A DNA stretch of 64,000 nucleotides from assembly GCA_039096225.1 (NCBI GenBank), contig JBBPEB010000025.1, forward strand, positions 310,001 to 374,000. The letters are read 5' to 3'. The notes beneath the pieces are model-generated. The model ran no database searches and was not told where the DNA came from. It worked only from the letters and a program-made list of their open reading frames with translations. This document shows positions 15,314-43,050 of this stretch, one piece after another; positions within the stretch are counted from its first letter, which is position 1; each line of letters starts with the position of its first letter. The DNA is from Blastocystis sp. Blastoise (taxonomy: Eukaryota > Protista > Bigyra: Opalinata). The translations under genes were made by a program, and so were the position numbers.

Positions 15314-16418
15314 TATTTACTAGTATCTGTAGTCAGATAACAGAGAGTCAATTGATTGAAATGTCTTCTATATTATTAGAGAATGATAAGAAGGATGACA
15401 AAGAAGAAGAAGAAGAAGAGAAGTAGAAGAAAATAATGATGCTGATACAGATAGTGATGATAGCGATAGCGATAGTAGTGGTGATGGTGATGATGATAAT
15501 GATGAGAAGGAAGAGAATAATAGTGAAGAAGAAGAAGAAGAAGAAGAAGAAGAAGATGATGAAGATGATAATGATAATGAAAAGAAAGTTATTGATGATG
15601 ATGATGAATTATGGAAACAAGGATTATCTCAAGAAGATATTGATCAGATGAATAGATATGATGATAAGATACATAGTTATTTAACTATAAAGAAACAGAT
15701 TAAGAAGGATGCTCTTAGTGAAAAACAAAAAACTATTAATTATAGACTTAAAATATTAGGTTTACTTGAACTCTATATTGATAAAAATGTATATTATTAT
15801 TATATTTATATTTATTATATATTTATTATTATTATTATTCACATAGGCTGAAAATTCAAATTTAGTTTGTTTGGTATCTATTCTTGCTCAAGTGTTTGCT
15901 CTTTTCATAGTATATATAATATATATATATATATATATAATATATATATATAATATATATATATATATAATATGTATACTATATAATATATATATATAAA
16001 GAAAGATAATAAAGAAACTGTTATTCTTGATAAATTAAAGCATATATATAAAGGAAAACTCTGTAGAACTAAATTACGTCTACCTAAAGATGCTTCTAAA
16101 GAAACTAAGTATATATATATATATATTATTATTATTATTATATATATGTTATATATAGTATTGACTATACTGAACGTTGTTATAATGGCTTATATATCTG
16201 CATATTATTATGCTTAAAGACACCTAAAGATAGTTATATATCTCATGAGATAGTAGAATATGTTTGTTTTGGTATTAATTTTTATTTCAATTTCTTATCA
16301 TTATATTTGGATATTAATAAGAACTTCGAAGAGAATCGTAATAATTATATAGATATACAAAGACTAAGAGAAATGTTTGATTTATGTCTCTATGATTATT
16401 TCCAAAGAAAGAAGTCAC
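14868..16418 (+). pseudogene. Captured intron-containing internal fragment of POL5/MYBBP1A (DNA polymerase phi-like nucleolar protein)
   Basis: Spliced exons give EYILIKMLLNIYICVLMD..DGIVCYE, ESPVSVLVDLCTSLL..LRVVLNQ|VFTSICSQIT, an acidic tract, QMNRYDDKI..NYRLKILGLLELYIDK and CLYDYFQRKKSR, in the order of Pol5/MYBBP1A motifs. Frameshift/stop near 15420 (GAA GAG AAG TAG); no intact N- or C-terminus seen. Confidence 0.8.
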
Positions 16419-16432
16419 GTATATTATGTTTA

Positions 16433-16854
<422 letters not shown>

Positions 16855-18949
16855 TTATTATTATTATTATTTAGTTTATTCTTTCTCTGCTATAATAACT
16901 TTATATATACTGGTATCATGATACTTATGTTTAGATATCAAAGCACTAAATTTGTCTATATATTTGAATATTATAAGTATTATTCTTGTAAATAAATTTA
17001 AAACGTATATAATGAATATATATAATAATAAAACTAATACTAATAATATTAATAATAGTAATATTATTTCTCCTGTTTACTTTTTTTTATATACAATTTC
17101 TTCCATTTCTTCAAATGAATTCATATATATATTAATTTGGTTATTATATAAACCTTTTTATACTATTATTGCAAATACATTGTATTATATTTATTGAGTT
17201 ATTTTTTTTTTTAAATAATTATATTTATTTATTTATATATATTATAATTTCGATATGTCCATATGAATATTTTCTATAGAAACATTTATGTTATTCAGCA
17301 TTATGTATGTTTTTATTTCTATTATGATTTTCTCTATGCTACATATATATACTTATTTATATTTATAGTTATGTATTCTTATTTATCCAGATATATAATA
17401 AATATTGCTCAATATATCAATCATGTAAGAATCATTTAGGTCTTTAATGGTTATAATATGTATGCTATATCATATATACTTTTCTTTTTAGTCTCCTTTT
17501 TTCTACTATTAGTATTTAGTTTTTAAATATATTAAATTATGAATTTATGTTTTTACCATTTCAGTTTATATTTTATATATTGTAAGTTATTCATATAGCA
17601 TTTTTTTGAATATGTAGAAATTAGAACTTCCTAAATACTTAATATTCTACAGTTATACTACATCAGTATCATCTATGTATGATGCTATTTTATTTTTCCT
17701 TATCTATAGTATTTATTCTTATGATATATATATATAGTCAATATTTATTATTATATGCTTATATAGATTTCTAGTTTTAGTTATACACCACAAAGACTAG
17801 ATTCTTTGACTTTATTTGTAATTTCAAATGTTGTATTCTTCTATTTATCTATATTCATAAGGTATCAACACGTCCATATTTTCTTTTATTTTTATTCTTT
17901 ATATATTTGTCTATATTATTTTATATTTAATTCTATATCTAGTTATGTATCTATATATTTTTATATATACTAGTTCATCTTTCAGATATAATAATATCAA
18001 TTTTTATCTATTTCAGTTTATTTCTTTCTATATATAGTATATTATTAGTTATGTTTTCGTACATGCTCCTATCGTTTTGTACGTCTAAGTGATTAATGTT
18101 TTTATTATTATTTCTAGAACTCTGAAACTAGGTATATATAGTCTTCTTCTTATATAAAGATATATCTCCATTGTTTATCATGTTTTCGCTTTTTCTTTTT
18201 ATTCAATCAAATCTTTCTTTCTCATTCTTTATATATGTTTTGAGAAATCTGTTTATATATATGTTTCTCTCTAGGTCTCATAATATTTATATAGTTCTTT
18301 TTATATATTTTTAATTTCCGAAACATGTCATTATTCATCTCCTTATTCATATCTACATCTTGTATTTATAAAATATATGTATTTTTTTTTTGTTTATATC
18401 TGTTTTTATTTGATTTCAATTTTTATAGAATATTAATAATTATAACTTCTTCCTAAATCTTAATCCATTATATATGTTTCTTTTATCTCTATCTTTATCA
18501 TATATATACATATATCTACATATAATTATTCGAATGCTTATATATATATTTCCTAATGCTTTGCTCTGTTTAATCTTGTGCTAGTTTTCGATGTCTTAAG
18601 ATTATTATGGAATGTTTTTAGCACTATTCCTCATTTATTACTGTTGTTTCTTTCCTTATACTATTCATATTTGTTTTTATTTATATATTATATATATAAA
18701 TTAGCTATTATCATTGTTTTATACGTCATGTATTTACTCCTGGATTATTTTTATTTAATATATATGTATATAGATAGTTTATTCAACACAATTTTTACTT
18801 TCATTTATTATTAAACGTCTGATGAATGTTCTATGAGTAGGGTTATTTGCTTATTTCTGTCTTTTCATTTATTTGACATTGTATATATTTATACTACCAT
18901 ATTATTATTATAAATTATATATATATATATATAAATATATAATTAATTA

Positions 18950-19354
<405 letters not shown>

Positions 19355-20731
19355 CATATATAAAGAGCTCTACGTCTATTACCAAAACTCTTTCAAATTT
19401 TTATTTCTTTGTAGCCTATGTCTCTATAAAGATAATTAATGATATATTTGGTATTATATTTATATTTATATCCCTGAATATTGATGAATACTAACAGTTC
19501 TTCTTTCACTATTTCATTATCTAATGTACTTTCTCTAAAGTTTTATATACTTTCTTTTTTCTTTTTTCAATAACATTCTATCTTATAATATATATATGTA
19601 TTGATTTCAACAAATTATGTTATTTGACTTCTTGGAAATTTATTATATAATTGTTTTTAATATATATAAACAAAAATATTTTAAGAACTATACTATTTTA
19701 TTATAGGAATATTCTTTATATTTCTATAGGTGTTATAATACTATATTTACCATAATTATTATAATAATTTGTTTTTTTATCTTTTAATTACAGCACATCA
19801 TTGTTTTACTGCACTAAGATGCGTGAATACTACACAACTAATAAAATTCTGAATAAAGTTCAAAGTTCTTTTTTATTGTATATCACATATTACACTAACA
19901 TTTAAGTGTATATAAAAGAGTTTTGTTAAATATATCCGTTAATTAGATTTCATATAAATTACTCAATACATATAAAATGTGGTTTATATGATCAAAATGT
20001 ATTTTTATAATCAATAAATAATTGATAACACATAGCTATTAACGTTTCTAAGCTCATAATGCATTCCATTATGTGGTTCTCTTTGTAGTAACATTATTTA
20101 TTATTGATAGGTTAATGAAAACTTTTTATAATAAGATATATAAATACAAACATGCTATTAAAAATTCTAACTGCCACAAAGGACAATTACATTAATGTGG
20201 CTTAAAATGAATCAAAGATGCTAAGTCAACATATATTATATATATATAAGTTATGTAAAAAATAATTACATAATAATATCAACTCTATTCAAATATCTAA
20301 AGAAATCAGCCATTCTTATCATACTCATACTGATATTTTATTATATATATCATTTTATAGAAATCAATTGCAATTAGACTAAGACAAGAACGTTCTCTAG
20401 AGAATTCTTGATTTTAGTAAATGAATCCATTTTATAAAATGCTTACTAGTCCATTTTGAAATTACCCTTTGTTGGATATTAGTCTCATCTTCATTTATAT
20501 GCTGAATATATACCTTTTATCCAGAATTAGCATCAATTGATAATCTTGTTAAACGTTAATTGAGAAAATATTCATCAATATGAGGTATATGTGAATATAT
20601 TATATATTATATACATATAGATATACTATATGTGCATATATATTAGAGTCACATATTTCTATTTATTAATTTTTCCCCCGTAATTATTTACAGTAGTCAG
20701 ATACTATCGGTATGAAAAATATTCCCCACAC

Positions 20732-20785
20732 CACTATGCTGACTATCAAGTTTTCAACAATACTATGCTGAGTATGAATTATCTC
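20732..20785 (-). repeat. MULE-A right TIR
   Basis: CACTATGCTGACTATCAAG...CTGAGTATGAATTATCTC followed by TSD AGGGTCTAAA. Confidence 0.95.
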
Positions 20786-20898
20786 AGGGTCTAAAAAAAT
20801 AGATTTTTAAATAATTTGTATTTTTTTTATTTTTCAAATCGTGTTTGAAATAATATACTCTAAAACGTATTAGTTCATTCTTAAAATATTATATAGAA

Positions 20899-23715
<2,817 letters not shown>

Positions 23716-23942
23716 AGTAGTCTTAATATGTCTGAAAACCATTGAACTATCTTTTATAATCAAAATTATCTAAAATTCTATATATATATATGAAATAAGA
23801 ATTAATACATATATATATATATATTAAGACATTTTTTTTCATTTTCTTTTTGTTTTTAAGCATTTTCTTTTTATAATTCATATATAGTATTCTATTATTA
23901 TTTTATTTATTTCAATAACTTTTGGATTTCTTTTGATTATTC

Positions 23943-23983
<41 letters not shown>

Positions 23984-24840
23984 TTTTAAATTATTTTTAT
24001 ATCCTTTTTTCTTTAATTTATAATAATAATCCTATCTATTTTCCTTATATATATCCATTTCTTTGCTTTTGTTTAAATATATTTTGTCTTAGAGATAACA
24101 TTTCTTATTTTTATTTTTGTATTTTTTTTTGCATAGTACTTAACAGTTATTTATAATTAGCATATTTTTTTCTATATTTGTAGTTTTTAGATTAGCAGTT
24201 GTCATCTCTTATTTTCACCTCGTTGCTTTGTTTTGAACAAATAAAAATATATATATTCATTTTATATTCATTTATAGTATCTATTTCTTGTTGATAAACA
24301 AAAAAAAATTTTTTAAACTATTCTATTATTAAACATATTTGTATACATTGTCTATATGAAATGAAAATACTTTTATATTATATCTTTTTACAATCAAATC
24401 ATAGAAGAGACATAATTATGAAGTAAAAATGAAACTAGTGAATAAAACCATTAACAAAATAATGTATTAAAAAAGGCAGAAAAATGAAAAAACAATATAT
24501 ATATATATATTCTTAGGGTATACATATAATATAGAAGAACTAATTAAAAAAAAAGATACTGACATAAAATAATATGTATACAGAGCTGAAGAAGAAAAAA
24601 CGAAAAATATGAAAAAGAAAATGATTCAAAACGTATATATATAATATTTAATATACATAAAAGAAACAAAATAAGTTGATAAAAAAGGTGATATGAATAA
24701 ATATATATATATATATATATGACATAAATTTTAATCAAATGAAAAGGAGTGCAGAGGAAAGGAATCTTAAAAAAGCCATAGAAATAATAAAAAAGAAACA
24801 AAAGCTTTAAAAATTAAAGAATGTATTATTTATTGATGAT

Positions 24841-26126
24841 TTATATGTCTGGATAACAACAGGAGAAGAGGGAGAAAAAGCGAGAAGTATCTATATACAA
24901 TATGTAGATAATATAGAAAAAAATAATAGCATGTATGAATAAGAGAATAGAATTCTATTCAAAATACGTGAATACAATTGTCATCATGTTCTATTATGAA
25001 AAAAAGAGAAAAAAGAATGTTCTAAAGAAAAAGAAAAGTAGATAGACAATAAAAAACATGAATATAGATAAGTTTAATTAATAATTGAATAAAAATAACG
25101 CTTCAAAAAAAACTATATAAACATTCTGATAAACAATAATAAAAATATGCACTAATTAAGTCAATTTTTGAAAAGAAAATATATACATAGAATATATACA
25201 TAGAATATATTATATAATAGATATACGTGTCTTTGTCTTTTGATTGTTATTCATTGTGTTATTTGTTCCCATGCCGTTAGTTTCCGTTGAATAATGGATA
25301 TGACTGTACAGATCCTCACGTTGCACATTCGTACGGTGATTGTACTCACAGTTAGATATTGTACACGTGATATTGGAATGTGTTTCTTGTACTGGCTGGC
25401 AAATATATAGCGAATAACCGTGAAATTGAACATATCGCTGAACTATAGAAAAAGCATACATATATACTTTTATGTAGATTATTTATAAAATAAATAAAAC
25501 TCTTAAGATAAATATTTAATAATATAATTAGTGTTCAAATATAAAAAGTATATTAATAATGTATATGAAGTAATATACTATAACTAATCATAGAGGGTGT
25601 AAGATTGAGTACTGAAAACATCTGAGACTCTATCAACGTGGAGAGAAACCGTAGAAAACAAAACACAATTAAGTCCAACTAGAATATAAATAGTTTTATT
25701 TTCAACATAAAAGGAAGAAGAAAAAAAATACCCTATAATTCTCAAAGAAGAGAATATCCATCGTAGAACATGCAGGAATACCCAACTGTATACAATATGA
25801 AGAAAATATATAAATATTTTGTTTTTTCCTTCCGTCATAATGTAATGTCTTCTTTGTATATTTCATTCCACATTTCGGAAATAAAGTACAATATAGTTCA
25901 CACAAAGCAACTCCATCACTTAGAGATACGGTAAGATCGCAGTCAATCGGCCTCTGTAAGAAAAGAGTCAACCAAGAACCTATAGCTATTGCAGCTTCCT
26001 AAAAAGTGAACAATATTTAAAAGATTGATATACCTTGATCTCTACCATGGAGAAGAATGATGTAGAGCAAGTACATTCACCAGAATATGCAGGTATAATC
26101 GCAAAATGTGGAGAATCTTCACTCAT
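24841..26126 (-). CDS. Small calponin-homology (CH) domain protein; 3' exons uncertain
   Basis: EAAIAIGSWL..LTVSLSDGVALCELYCTLFP..NIYIFSSYCIQLGIP is a CH signature. The stop is either at 25210 or, via two further short exons, at 24841 (..SRFFSLFSCCYPDI). Confidence 0.65.
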
Positions 26127-26876
26127 ATAATTCTTGTATTTAATTGAAACGACGTATTACAATATTAAAACCTTTATATAAATTCAATCCACTTATATTA
26201 TCTAGATCCCTATCATAAATTCAATACAAATGTAAAAATCTATTCTTCTCTGGAAAATCACGATTTTCCATAGGTTTCTATTGTTTCTCTTTCTCTAGTT
26301 GTCGACCAATAGAATTCTATAAAACATCTGAAATCATTAATTTACTTGATAAACAATTCTAGAGATGGGCAAGGTACATGGAGTTTCTTTTTTCAAAAAA
26401 AGTATGTGCAAAATTTTTATTCTTGTTCCAAATAGCCAGAACATATTTTTTAAATTGTTTATATATATATTTACACCTATGACAATATTCCTCACACTTC
26501 CATTATAATAATTTTACATTTGAAACTATTAATTTGTAAACATTTGTATTATCATCTTTATATTTCAGACAATAACATCGTCAATTCTTTTAGAAAGTGA
26601 TTTTTATTAATATAAAAGAGTTAACAAATAACTATATGCAAATGTGATGTGTGTGACATCCAAAAAATATTTATATTTTCTAGCAGAAGTTGTTGATTCT
26701 AGTCATGGATTATTGTTAGTTTTCAAAAAACAAATAAAAGCAAATATAAACACATAAAATTGCATATAATTGAAATCATCTTCAACACGAAGAATAAATA
26801 TAATTCATAATAAAATAGTCATAGCTAATACAATATAATAAGATATATATTAAAACATATTGAAACAAAAAATAAA

Positions 26877-29127
<2,251 letters not shown>

Positions 29128-29202
29128 TTGAGTTCTATTTATAAAGATGGACAACACTAAAAAAAGCCACTTTTTTCTCCCGTGAAAAAATCATGAAAAT
29201 TT

Positions 29203-29269
29203 GTAGCTACTTTGGGTAGCTGTTTTCAGCTACAAAGTAGCTACAAGTAGCCACAAAACTTGTAGCTAC
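29203..29269. repeat. hAT subterminal repeats, palindromic GTAGCTAC
   Basis: Perfect copies at 29203, 29237, 29262; variants near 29216, 29227, 29247. Confidence 0.85.
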
Positions 29270-30163
29270 TTTTGCCCATCTCTAAACAATTCTCATTTAA
29301 ATATGACTTTATTTGATCATTTACGTATTTTGTTATAGTATATAAATCATTTGAATGCTGCTATAATACTTTGATTATTAGCATAAAAATAAAAATATTA
29401 TCATTTTAGTCATCCCATTTAAGGAAACCTCATTCAACTAAATGGTCTATTTACAGGTTTACTAAACTACATATATTAGTACAGACAATGTATATAGTGT
29501 AATAGGCAATCATAAATGAAAGATTATGACGAAAATAATGTGTTTGTAAGAAAATATTAATTCTTTATCTCCATAATTAGAGATTAAATTCCATATTCAG
29601 CATGTAGAGTACTTGCTTTCATAGATATAGTGATTTACAATAAAATGTTTCTTTGTAAAGTCAGATTTCTTTTTTTTTTGTATCGATATGATGGATCATA
29701 ATTTATTCTAAGCATATGTGCAGTACTTTAAGAGTATAGAAATATCTTTGTATGTTGTTAAGGAGAATCACGTTTTCTTAATTACCATTTCATCAGTTTA
29801 TATTCTTTTGTAATTAGTTTTTATGCTATATCTGATTCCTTAGGTAGTGATTATAAATAGGTGCCAATGCTTATAAAGATAGACTATACCAAAAAAAATG
29901 ACTTTTAAAAAAAAATAATTTCAGCAATTGTTAGGTATTCATTACTGGATTCTGTTGCCATCACAAGAGATTTCAGACGAAATCAGACAAAAACCAGAAT
30001 TGAAATAATCATGAGAATTTCAAGTTTAAATAAAATATACAAAACATAAATTCAACTCTTTAAGAGGTTTATAGATATTTGTTTTTATTATTTGGTATTG
30101 CTTATTTGTCAGCAAACCTTATTGTAAAGAGTCTAGTTTTTAGAATATTGAATAGAATCAATT

Positions 30164-36948
<6,785 letters not shown>

Positions 36949-37367
36949 ATATATACATATATTATTATTATTATTAACTCTAATATATATCTATATCTTT
37001 TGTTTCTATGCTTTTTAATTTTCCAATTCTTCTTTAACAATCAAACTTGATGATAATATATATTTATATAAATATAAAAGTAGATTTTTCCTTTCTTAAT
37101 TAATCATATTATGTCTTTTCTCATTATTAGTCATCATACTATACTAATAGGATGAATGTATATATATATATTTTGTTCTAACAGTTCTTTCTTTTTTATA
37201 AAAATAGTTTAATAATGATAGTTCTATATAAACAAAGAAAATAATATGTCTTATTTATTTGCAACATTTATTACAAATATGAACTAAATTCTATTTTCAA
37301 AATAAAACATCTAAAAAACATAAAAATAGAGAATAATAACAATAGTGATATAAGTATAGTATTATAC

Positions 37368-39600
<2,233 letters not shown>

Positions 39601-39900
39601 ATTTAATCCATTTCATTATAGAATTACATTTTTATATATATATAAAAAATAGTGACATAGCAAATATAAAAAAAAATGAAATAAATTATCATTTAAAAGC
39701 TAAATAAATAGTTCGAAATGTTTCATAATAGAGTAATCTAAACCCTTTTTGATTTACACATGATTGATATATATATAAAAAAAATGAAAAACAAATATCT
39801 AGATAAAAAAAGAAAAACAAATAAAAAAATAAGAGACTTTTTGAAAAACATTTTTTTTTGAGTTTCATTTAATTTCGTTTTCATTAATTTATAATAAAAT

Positions 39901-40516
39901 ATGAATTCAGGATATCAGGATTATATCTATGAGAGCCCAAATGCTATAAGTTCAAATACTCAAAATACAGTCAATCAAAATGTATCAAACAATGAAGAGT
40001 ATAATTTTTTTTTCTTAAGATCTATATATTACGTCACTATGCCATATTTTTTATTTTATATAGAGAGTCAACAGAAGGATATTGTTTGTTTGTGAAAGGT
40101 TTTCAACAGCCTATTACGTATCTATCTTTATTTTTATTTATTAAATTATATCTATATAAAGTCACGAGCAGCTTTATCAAGTTTTCGGATGTTATGGTCG
40201 ATTACGTGAAGTCAAAATTCCTACAGATTATCATTCAAAGTATCTTTTTACTAATGAATAAATCAATATGTTTTTAGACAACAAAAAGGATTTGCATATA
40301 TCACATATTATGACAAATCAGATACAACAGATGCCTATGATGATTTACAGAATCAACAAATATGTAATCAAACGGTTGTTATTGCTTATGCTAAAGATAA
40401 TAGAAAGACTGCAGATCAAATGAAACTATTAGAAGGCAAAGAGTATGATATATATGTTTATAGTTTTATATTTCTCTAGTAATAAAAGCAGTCAAATGAA
40501 AAGAAATAAAGATTAA
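39901..40516 (+). CDS. Single-RRM protein, SRSF10/SC35-like (SCL) type, without an RS tail
   Basis: Five exons: YCLFVKGF (RNP2), QVFGCYGRLREVKIPTDYHS|KQQKGFAYITY (RNP1), IAYAKDNRKTADQMK (cf. SRSF10 QFAQGDRKTPNQMK). Confidence 0.78.
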
Positions 40517-40674
40517 TTGATATTATATATACTAAAAATAGTTTAAAACATGAGTATTATTTGTTGTTTCATTAACTTTATAACAAAAAACTATTTATAA
40601 ATAGTAGCAAACAATTCTTTTTTAAAAATAACGCATATAAATAATAATAAGAATAGAAAAAGAATGATCTTATG

Positions 40675-40740
40675 TTCTTCAGGAATGCAAAAGTGTTCCT
40701 CACATAGTTTCAGAACAGGTCTGTATGGTTCATCAGCAAA
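40675..40740 (-). ncRNA. Box C/D snoRNA, guide for SSU Gm1428 (yeast numbering; snR56/SNORD25-like), copy 1
   Basis: TGATGA-accatacagacctgtt-CTGA...GTGAGGA...CTGA. The guide pairs with conserved 18S AACAGGUCUGU; the D'+5 rule picks the first G. Confidence 0.82.
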
Positions 40741-40789
40741 ACTTAAGATCATTTAAAAAAAATACATATTAATATATATCTATAACTTC

Positions 40790-40865
40790 ACTTACAGTTT
40801 ATATACAATCCACATAATGAATTCATTTATAATTCTAGAAATTCAATTTGAGTTCATCACTAAAG
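40790..40865 (-). ncRNA. Candidate box C/D snoRNA (SSU UAAUUCUAGA region)
   Basis: GTGATGA C box and a 10-nt antisense TCTAGAATTA; D box not canonical. Confidence 0.35.
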
Positions 40866-41386
40866 AAAAGAAAAATAAGAAAATGTTAAAATAGAGAATA
40901 TAATAACATTAAAGATAATATAGAACAGGTTCAAAACGCGTAGATTATTAAAAGAAGTCTAAACGTGATCTCCTATTCTCTTTTTAGTCCAATACTAGTC
41001 AACACGAATTATTAAAAAAAACACATGCTGTATCAGAAAGGACATATATATTAATCGTTTATAAATATTTACACTTTTATTCTAAAACAATCATTCAACT
41101 CAATAAAATAAATAATTATGCCAATCATTTTTCAATCATTTCAAGAAAATTGATGGCATCAAAAATCCAGGGGGTTAAAAAATATTCACTACTATTTTTC
41201 TATAATAACGAAGAATTGTAGTTTCCCATGAATAAATTTAATTAAAATAAACATTTTATTTTTAATCATTAAAAAAAAACTTATTTTTGAACGTATCCTA
41301 TTTATTTTATATAATTAATGTAAAACAAAACACGTGAATTAAAATACGAACACAGTTTAACAACAATATAATTAAATAAGCAATGA

Positions 41387-41452
41387 ATCATCAGATATGC
41401 AAAGTTTGTCCTCACATAGGTTCAGAACAGGTCTGTATGGTTCCTCATACGA
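41387..41452 (-). ncRNA. Box C/D snoRNA, SSU Gm1428 guide, copy 2
   Basis: ATGAGGA-accatacagacctgtt-CTGA..GTGAGGA..CTGA; paralogue of 40675-40740. Confidence 0.82.
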
Positions 41453-41777
41453 TATCATTGCTATTTAAGAATTCTTTTAATTAATAAACGATCTTGTAAC
41501 CATTGAATATCCTTTTATCTATAAAGAAAATATATGGTTAAGCCTAACAAAATATTCATGATGAATACATTGTGATCGATAACTTCTATTCTTTAGTCAA
41601 TCTTAAACAGCCATAAAACAAAATATAATTAAATAGCCGGTATGAATGACATTATAAATAGATATTATATCTTCACATTCTATAATGAATAAATATATAC
41701 TTCCATAAAGAATAAATGGCATTTTCAATATACAAATCGTTATCATCTATAAATTAGAATAAAAAAATATATATAAA

Positions 41778-41857
41778 GGAGCCTCGGAGTGAGCTGGTTG
41801 TTATCCTCACCGAATAAATTCATAGGTTTAGGGATAATTTTTGTCGTCATGTACTCC
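41778..41857 (-). ncRNA. Box C/D snoRNA, guide for LSU Am2946 (yeast numbering; snR71/SNORD29-like), copy 1
   Basis: Terminal stem GGAG/CTCC, C box ATGACGA, C' GTGAGGA, guide CCAGCTCAC vs LSU GUGAGCUGG, D box CCGA. Confidence 0.75.
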
Positions 41858-41901
41858 AAAAAATAAAAAAATAAGTATAAAAAGTATAAAGAATCAATGA
41901 A

Positions 41902-41970
41902 TCTTCTTCAGAATGAGTAGGAGTTAGTATGTCTTCATGACTTTCCGAGAAAAAGTGGTCATCATGAAAA
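41902..41970 (-). ncRNA. Box C/D snoRNA with antisense to LSU AUGAGUAGGAG
   Basis: ATGATGA...ATGAAGA...CTCCTACTCATT-CTGA. Confidence 0.7.
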
Positions 41971-42048
41971 TCTACTGATTCTAATACAATTTTATAAAAT
42001 GAAAAGAATAATCAAATGAAAAAACAAGAAAAAATTATACATATATTA

Positions 42049-42128
42049 GGGATTGCTCGGAGTGAGCTGGTTGTTATCCTCATAGAATAAATTCTTAGGT
42101 TTAGGGATAATTTTTGTCTTCACAGCCC
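42049..42128 (-). ncRNA. Box C/D snoRNA, LSU Am2946 guide, copy 2
   Basis: Near-identical core to 41778-41857; C box GTGAAGA, D box CCGA. Confidence 0.75.
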
Positions 42129-42659
42129 TCCCATATATATAATATTGTGCAAAATATAGATTCCACTTACATTATTAATAATTATCAATAACCATACATG
42201 AAAAGAAATATATAAATAAAATATGAGTAGTTCATCCAGAAGAAACAAAAGAAGAAGATGGACCCTAATAGGAAAAGATATGGTACTTAATTATTTTGTT
42301 CTCCATAGAAAAAAGTAGATACTTTTCAGAAATGGAGACATTTCTTTATTATTTCTTTTGTTTTGTTGTTTTCGTAGTTAAATGATAGAATACTTTACTT
42401 ATTGATGAAAAATGTGCTTTATGCAATGAGTTTCTTTGGAGTTAAATTTATATTAATAAATTAAAATATTCAATCAAGAGAATCAATGATTGATTCTTGT
42501 AAACATAGTTTCTAAATCATCAATAACAAAGAATAAACTTATAAAAAAGAGATTTCAAGTTTTCATGATCATACAAAACTAAAACAAAGGACAGAATGAA
42601 AATATAAATAATAATTATGTTAGTGTTTGATTGGAATCAGATTATTGTGAAAAAACAAT

Positions 42660-43050
42660 TTACATATAAATTCCACACCATTGTAATAAAAAGAAGAATC
42701 CAAATCCAAGGAATGTAGAAGCAAAGAGACCAATACTAAGTTCCTAAAGTTATAAGAAATAGACAGATGAAACAAATAGTATGCATATATTAAAATGAAT
42801 AGATAGAAAAGAATTAAAAGAGTATACAACGACAATATTTTTGTTCTTTTGAATGTAACTATAGAATTATGGTTAGTTGAAGTATTAAAGTGATAGTAAA
42901 TACGTGAAATAACCTCCAGAGAGAACAAGACCAAGAATAAGACAAATAACAGTGATGAATCCAAAAAGATCAGGATTTAACATACCATAATAATCAACAG
43001 AAGACTAAATACGAGTTAATATTAATCGTTTTATAGTGATATACAGCCAT
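42660..43050 (-). CDS. TMEM258: Oligosaccharyltransferase small subunit OST5/TMEM258
   Basis: Four exons: MA|SSVDYYGMLNPDLFGFITVICLILGLVLSGGYFT|YIQKNKNIVV|ELSIGLFASTFLGFGFFFLLQWCGIYM (cf. [27 protein letters not shown]). Missed by the ORF track. Confidence 0.9.

Noticed and set aside
20360-20585. Possible TAA/TAG-reassigned reading frame in cargo
   Set aside because: Host genes end in TAA/TGA and use CAA for Gln; scattered stops are better explained by decay or non-coding DNA.
42655-42662. Polyadenylation-created stop codons (Blastocystis-type)
   Set aside because: All complete genes here have genome-encoded stops, so there is no direct evidence.
42620-42964. 114-aa membrane ORF
   Set aside because: Wrong frame; the spliced TMEM258 gene explains the region.
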